The notes under the pieces are model-generated. The model saw only the letters and a list, made by a program, of their open reading frames with translations. It did no database searches and had not been told where the DNA came from. 58,840 bases of DNA, from the NCBI GenBank assembly GCA_016748015.1, contig JAAOMT010000009.1, positions 81,861 through 140,700 of the forward strand, read 5' to 3'. Every line of letters begins with the position of its first letter. Within the stretch, counting starts at the first letter, position 1. Both the position numbers and the translations under genes were made by a program. This document shows positions 53,741 to 58,840 of this stretch, one piece after another. This stretch comes from Geosiphon pyriformis uo1 (Eukaryota > Fungi > Glomeromycota).

Positions 53741-54633
53741 TCTTAATTTCTTAAAAATTTTTTTTAAAGTTTAAAATGAAAGGTTTCTTAATGTCAATTT
53801 GGTTTTTAACAGAGCCTGTTGTTTATTTCTTCTTATAAAATAGGTTATTAATGTTCTAATATCTTTGAAAATTTTGGCATAATATTACTTAAAACATGAT
53901 CAAAAAAGTCTTTATGCCTGTGGCAAAGGCCTCCACAAAATGTAAAGCAAGAGCTGGTGAGGATAAATACTTTGCTACCTGGAATTTAACGAGATAAGAA
54001 TCCAAGATTTTATCCTTTACAGGGATTTTCATTAATAAAAAAGAGTTTTCACTCCAGGTTTCAATAGAGTTTACCCAATCAGGAACTTTCATTGTGGACA
54101 ATGCATGCATGAACAACGGGAATAAGACCCAAAATAGTAAATTTTGGGATTTATTGACCTGGATAACTGATTGGTAAAATAACATTAAAAGGTTCACAGA
54201 ACGTTTTGACTTGAATCAAATGATAAAAGTTTACCAAGTATCTGTAAAATATTTTAATAACACAGAATTGGTAAAACGACAAACCGAGTTTAATAATAAA
54301 TTTTTAAAAATTTATTAGAGAGCAAGTTTTCTGAGCATTCTTTTTGTTTTAAGGAATCAGATTATGTTCAGTTTTTCTTTTTTGATGACCAGATTTGCAT
54401 CAAATAAATATTAAAAACTTATATCAACCTCATTTTCTTGGAAAAAACACAATTCAATCATAATAAATATATAAGAAGAAGATCTAAAAATTCCTTTTAA
54501 CCGTTTAGTTAAAAATTAGACCCTAATTTTATCTGGTAAATGTTGAGAAAAAAATTATTCTGAGTGCATAATACCATTTCGTAATCCGGGTTTTAATTAA
54601 ATAATGAGTTGCTACTGGTAAAAATTCGATAAC

Positions 54634-54676
54634 GGGGGGGGGGGGGGGGGGGGGGAGGGAAGGAAGGGAGAGGAGG
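54634..54676 (+). repeat. G22 homopolymer plus polypurine tail
   Basis: Directly visible. Confidence 0.85.
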
Positions 54677-56910
54677 ATATCAAATTTAAAGCTCAAGAAT
54701 AGATGTACCTAATATTCTGATTGGATAGTGTTTTAAAGTTGAAATTTTTTTAAATTTCGAACAGAATTTCTAGCATACTACTTTTAATTTTCATTTACGA
54801 AAATATTAGCTCTTTATTTCTATCATGTGTCATTTGTTGCAATTTTGAATTTTGAAAAAAATTGATTCAATAATACATGTATTAAATAATTCTCATACCA
54901 AATTGAGAATTTAGGCTCCTATTGTATTAAAGAAATCTCATGTTTTTTTTAATGTCAGATAAGAGATACTTATCATAGATTGAGTAACTCCATCAATTTT
55001 TATAGAATAAAACTTTTTGAGATTAAAAAATGTCCAATAACCGAAAAAAGATGAGAAATCAAACTTTTTCATTCAAGAATGGCCATGTTTTAACAAAAAA
55101 CGGAACTTTCAAATTTTCAATGAATGTCGGAATGACCATGTTTGGTTTCAATCAAGCATATATTTATCTTGTTATTTTGAACTTTTTAATAATATTTAAG
55201 TTTGATTCAAATATCCAAGATAAAGTTCACCAAGTCCTTTTATAGATTGGCTGGATTTAGCTTTTCCATCAAGCTGAGCCCGAGTCAGCCATTATTATTG
55301 AAGACGAGTTACATTTTTTCGTAGAATGGCAATGTACCCAAGCTTTAAAGGCTTTTTGCGAAGTAGTGCGATGTAACGTCGACGGGAAAGCGGATACCAG
55401 TTAGTTTTGCAATTCCGGTTGCATTACGGTAATATTTGCCTCAAAGTACTAAATAAAAGTACTAAATGACTTCACGGTTTGATTTTACGAGTAGCAGAAG
55501 GAATAAATGAGAGGTTGCGTGACATCAAACCAAAAATAACATTTATCAGTATTGCACCCTTGGAAGAAATATATGATAGATGAAACTAATAAAATCGAAA
55601 AATAAATGATGAAAGTGGGTCGTGAAACTATTCTTTTAATAATTAATAAAGTGGGAAAGAAATTTGAAAGTTGAACTCATTGATAAAGCTGTTTTGAGAC
55701 AAGCCAAAGCTAATAATTATTAAAGGTTGATTTGATTTAGCTCGACTGGGCTCTTGCCGATCTTTAGATAACACCATTCCAAAAAGGAATATACTTTTGA
55801 TTTGATATAACATGTCTTATGTAAGATTTCATTTTAATCAATATTGATATTTGCCAAATAAAACTAATTAACCGAAAATAACAACAATTGTAAAAATGGA
55901 ATTGATCTTTTATTAACTCCAAATCGGGTGAATTTTGTTGAATCTCAAAAAATTATGCTTACTTCAGATAGAGAAATCTTCTAATTGGTTTAGTGTGAAA
56001 ACTACCCAAAATTTAATTTTTATTAAATATGGTTAATCAACTCGACTCAAATTTAAACTTTTGGCCCAGAAGTCTATTCTCACAAAAACTTTTCCATTCC
56101 AAGTTTAGAACTATAGTTTGCTCCATCCTGATAACCTTGAAAAGTTTCTTAATTATTTTTTAGGAATGTTCATTGTTGGCAAGCGTATTTTTTAACTTTT
56201 CAAAAAGAATTATTTTGGCAAAGAAATTAATTTTATCACGTAAAAACAGAACAATTCCATTTTTGATGTTTGTTTTTACATAAAAACTTGGAATTATCTG
56301 AAAAAAGCTGTAGCCTTTTCAGTAATAATTTAATTAATTCCCAGGATTATCTGAGCTATTTTCTTTTACAACAAAGATAATTTTTTTTCAGAGAACAGGA
56401 GTAAAGAAAATGGAAGGCAAAAAGAGAAATTAAAAATAATTTCTGAATATCTTACTTTTAAAATAAAGTTTAATTGATTCTAAATAAACTAGAAAATTAC
56501 CTTGTGCATTTCAAGGGTTATGAGGTGTGATTGCTATTCATCCAAAGCAATCATCAAAGCAATTTAAAAGAAAAATTTATATGAAAAAAGAAATCGAATT
56601 ACAATTTTTGCAGCTTTTCAAAGAATTCCCGCTTAAAGCATGGTAGAAAGGATTTCTTTGATGGATTTCGAGGAAACATACACGATGTGAAATTTTCAAT
56701 CGTTCAAACATCAAAATATAAGTTTTTTAACATATTATATCTTTAATAGACAATAATACCATCTTTTTCCCTCATAAACAAAAGTAGCTAAACGCAGAAA
56801 TTGAAGATCCTAAATGAAAGAAAAAATTAAGAAAAGGAAATTTGTTGATATTTGTTTTGGTTGCAAAAATGAAAGACTAATTCCTTGATGGAAGATAACA
56901 TCTTCATTCT

Positions 56911-58232
56911 ATATCTTCATATTTAGTAAAACTTGAATTAATTTTATTTTTCGGCTTTGAAGTCAAATGTAGAAGAAAATTCCTACAATAAAAATTAATT
57001 ACGATACGTGTGCGTAACGAATTAATCACAATACGTATTCATAAAACGCAACGGACCAACATCATCAGTGTATTTTTCCATGACCCGGGAATTGACTATT
57101 TCCCATTAATTTGATTCTTTGAAGTCAAGAACGCTCTCTGTGTAACTTAAGACAAATATTGTCAAATAAATGAAAATAACGGCTTCACAGTACTTTTAAT
57201 TCATTTGGCTATTATTAAGCCTGATGGAATTTTAATGAGGAATTTCAACTTTTACTGTTCAAATATATTATCAAATTCATTAATTGTATAAGAAAAATTT
57301 TGGTTCACGAAGCGAACATATGTAAAAATTGATATAATATTGGTCGAAATTCGAACGTCTTTGGGAAAATGGCTTCAAATAATTATTGTTTTTTTTTATT
57401 ACCTTGTATTACAAATATCTGGATTTGAAAATATTTTTAGTGCCTGATATGGGACTGTCACTCAATCTTTAGGTTAACCTTTTTAGTCCTAGAAATTCTA
57501 GTGTGGAATTCAAATGTTTTTTTCCTTTTTCCCTGGAAATGTAACATCTATGACGAAATCCAGCTTTCCTGTTTAAAACCTTAAAATTAGATGCTCGATA
57601 ATGAAATATTTCTTTTTTTTGTTAATAATATACTTCAAAATGTACCTAGCACTTTTTGTCAAGTATTTTCACCTTGATTGTACAAGTAATTTTTCCCGAG
57701 AAAAATTGCTTGAATTAGTTTTAGAATTTGCAGTCAACAACAAAGATATTCCATTACGTTTTAATACATCAAATATAAAAAAAATCTTAATTGAGTTTCT
57801 ATTTTGATAAATTTAAATTTTTTGAAACAAACATTACCTTTAGGTTCAACACATGTAAAGGAAAATCTTTCTTAGAGATTTTTGTCAAAATAAAATTTGT
57901 TCGTTGTGGTGGTGGGATCTCTTATTATAAAATTCTCTATAAAAAGCCAAGGGTTTTGTAATTCAAAAACTTTTATCTCACCTTTGAGGAATTTGAAACA
58001 GCTGATTTATATATTAAAACTTTTAAATTGCATGAAAATGGCCAAGAGAAAAAGTTACCTCTGCAATGGCCGGTCATTCATATTTTTATTGAGTTTGACA
58101 TTAACTATACCTGTAATCCTCAAAGCGAGACCATTTACAAAATTAGATGCCACATCAATCCTCAGACGTGAAGTCGGGCAAATTAATAGTATAGATGCCG
58201 TTCCTTTTAAGGCAAAACAATACTGGAAAAGA
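56911..58232 (+). repeat. Right arm of the inverted segmental duplication (upstream region plus prepro leader of collagen-like gene B)
   Basis: Reverse-complement match to 3932-5184; carries extra sequence around 57430-57540. Confidence 0.93.
57938..57946 (+). promoter_or_regulatory. TATA box of collagen-like gene B (TATAAAAAG)
   Basis: 94 nt upstream of ATG 58032; same motif and spacing as in gene A. Confidence 0.65.
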
Positions 58233-58840
58233 ACTCAGGATGATGGTGAAATCTCATGTGGGAAGAAAAACAATTCAGAGGGTGGTGATGACGAGGGTTG
58301 TGGTGGTGGTGGTAACGAGGGTGGTGGTGGTGGTGGTGGTAACGAGGGTGGTGGTGGTGGTGGTGGTAACGAGGGTGGTGGTGGTGGTGGTAACGAGGGT
58401 GGTGGTGGTGGTGGTAACGAGGGTGGTGGTGGTGGTGGTAACGAGGGTGGTGGTGGTGGTGGTAACGAGGGTGGTGGTGGTGGTAACGAGGGTGGTGGTG
58501 GTGGTGGTAACGAGGGTGGTGGTGGTGGTGGTAACGAGGGTGGTGGTGGTGGTGGTGGTGGTGGTGGTAACGAGGGTGGTGGTGGTGGTAACGAGGGTGG
58601 TGGTGGTGGTGGTAACGAGGGTGGTGGTGGTGGTGGTGGTGACGAGGGTGGTGGTGGTCCTACAGGTTCTACAGGTCCTACTGGTCCTACTGGTCCTACT
58701 GGTCCTAGTGGTCCTAGTGGTCCTACTGGTCCTACTGGTCCTACTGGTCCTACTGGTCCTACTGGTCCTACCGGCAGTCAAGGTCCTGATGGCAATCCAG
58801 GGCCTACAGGTTCTACTGGTCCTACTGGTCCTACTGGTCC
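58032..58840 (+). CDS. Secreted Gly-rich/collagen-like protein B (paralog of A), 3' partial; not in the ORF track
   Basis: Hand translation: [67 protein letters not shown]|[23 protein letters not shown], then poly-Gly runs punctuated by 13 NE dipeptides, then from 58656 [24 protein letters not shown]...[18 protein letters not shown]. No stop before the window end. Confidence 0.9.
   Translation, partial: MKMAKRKSYLCNGRSFIFLLSLTLTIPVILKARPFTKLDATSILRREVGQINSIDAVPFKAKQYWKRTQDDGEISCGKKNNSEGGDDEGCGGGGNEGGGGGGGNEGGGGGGGNEGGGGGGNEGGGGGGNEGGGGGGNEGGGGGGNEGGGGGNEGGGGGGNEGGGGGGNEGGGGGGGGGGNEGGGGGNEGGGGGGNEGGGGGGGDEGGGGPTGSTGPTGPTGPTGPSGPSGPTGPTGPTGPTGPTGPTGSQGPDGNPGPTGSTGPTGPTG

Noticed and set aside
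53889-55245. ORFs 53889-54197 and 55030-55245, and similar short ORFs at 24525-27001 and 57601-57807
   Set aside because: No recognisable motifs. 57601-57807 lies in the duplicated upstream arm, where the two copies differ by indels.
58275-58781. Minus-strand poly-Thr mucin-like ORF
   Set aside because: Antisense of collagen-like gene B; non-ATG start and no signal peptide.

Overview
AT-rich eukaryotic scaffold with four N-gaps. A spliceosomal intron, a MATA-type HMG-box gene and the TE landscape point to a fungus, probably Glomeromycotina/Mucoromycota (inference). I can support five genes. (1) A very long secreted collagen-like gene on the minus strand (ATG 4135). (2) A two-exon Reg1-like PP1-regulatory-subunit gene that the ORF track splits into two ORFs (join 21343..21779,22714..23932). 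(3) A small secreted protein of seven 13-aa GD[YF]NGNxNGNxNx repeats (48935..49366). (4) A MATA-HMG transcription factor (52973..53740, minus). (5) A second secreted Gly-rich/collagen-like gene absent from the ORF track (ATG 58032, runs off the window). The main observation is that the two collagen-like genes face away from each other and share an inverted ~1.25 kb block of upstream region, TATA box, signal peptide and propeptide (3932..5184 vs 56911..58232). The homology stops exactly at the YWKR Kex2-type site, and each gene then carries a different fibrous repeat body (N-G-T sequon-rich vs poly-Gly plus Gly-Pro-Thr). Between the genes lie heavily C>T/G>A-decayed transposons: a Ty3/Gypsy element with both LTRs nested in a probable MULE-like relic, an element with long inverted ends, and two Tc1/mariner relics. 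All homology calls were made by eye; no searches were run.
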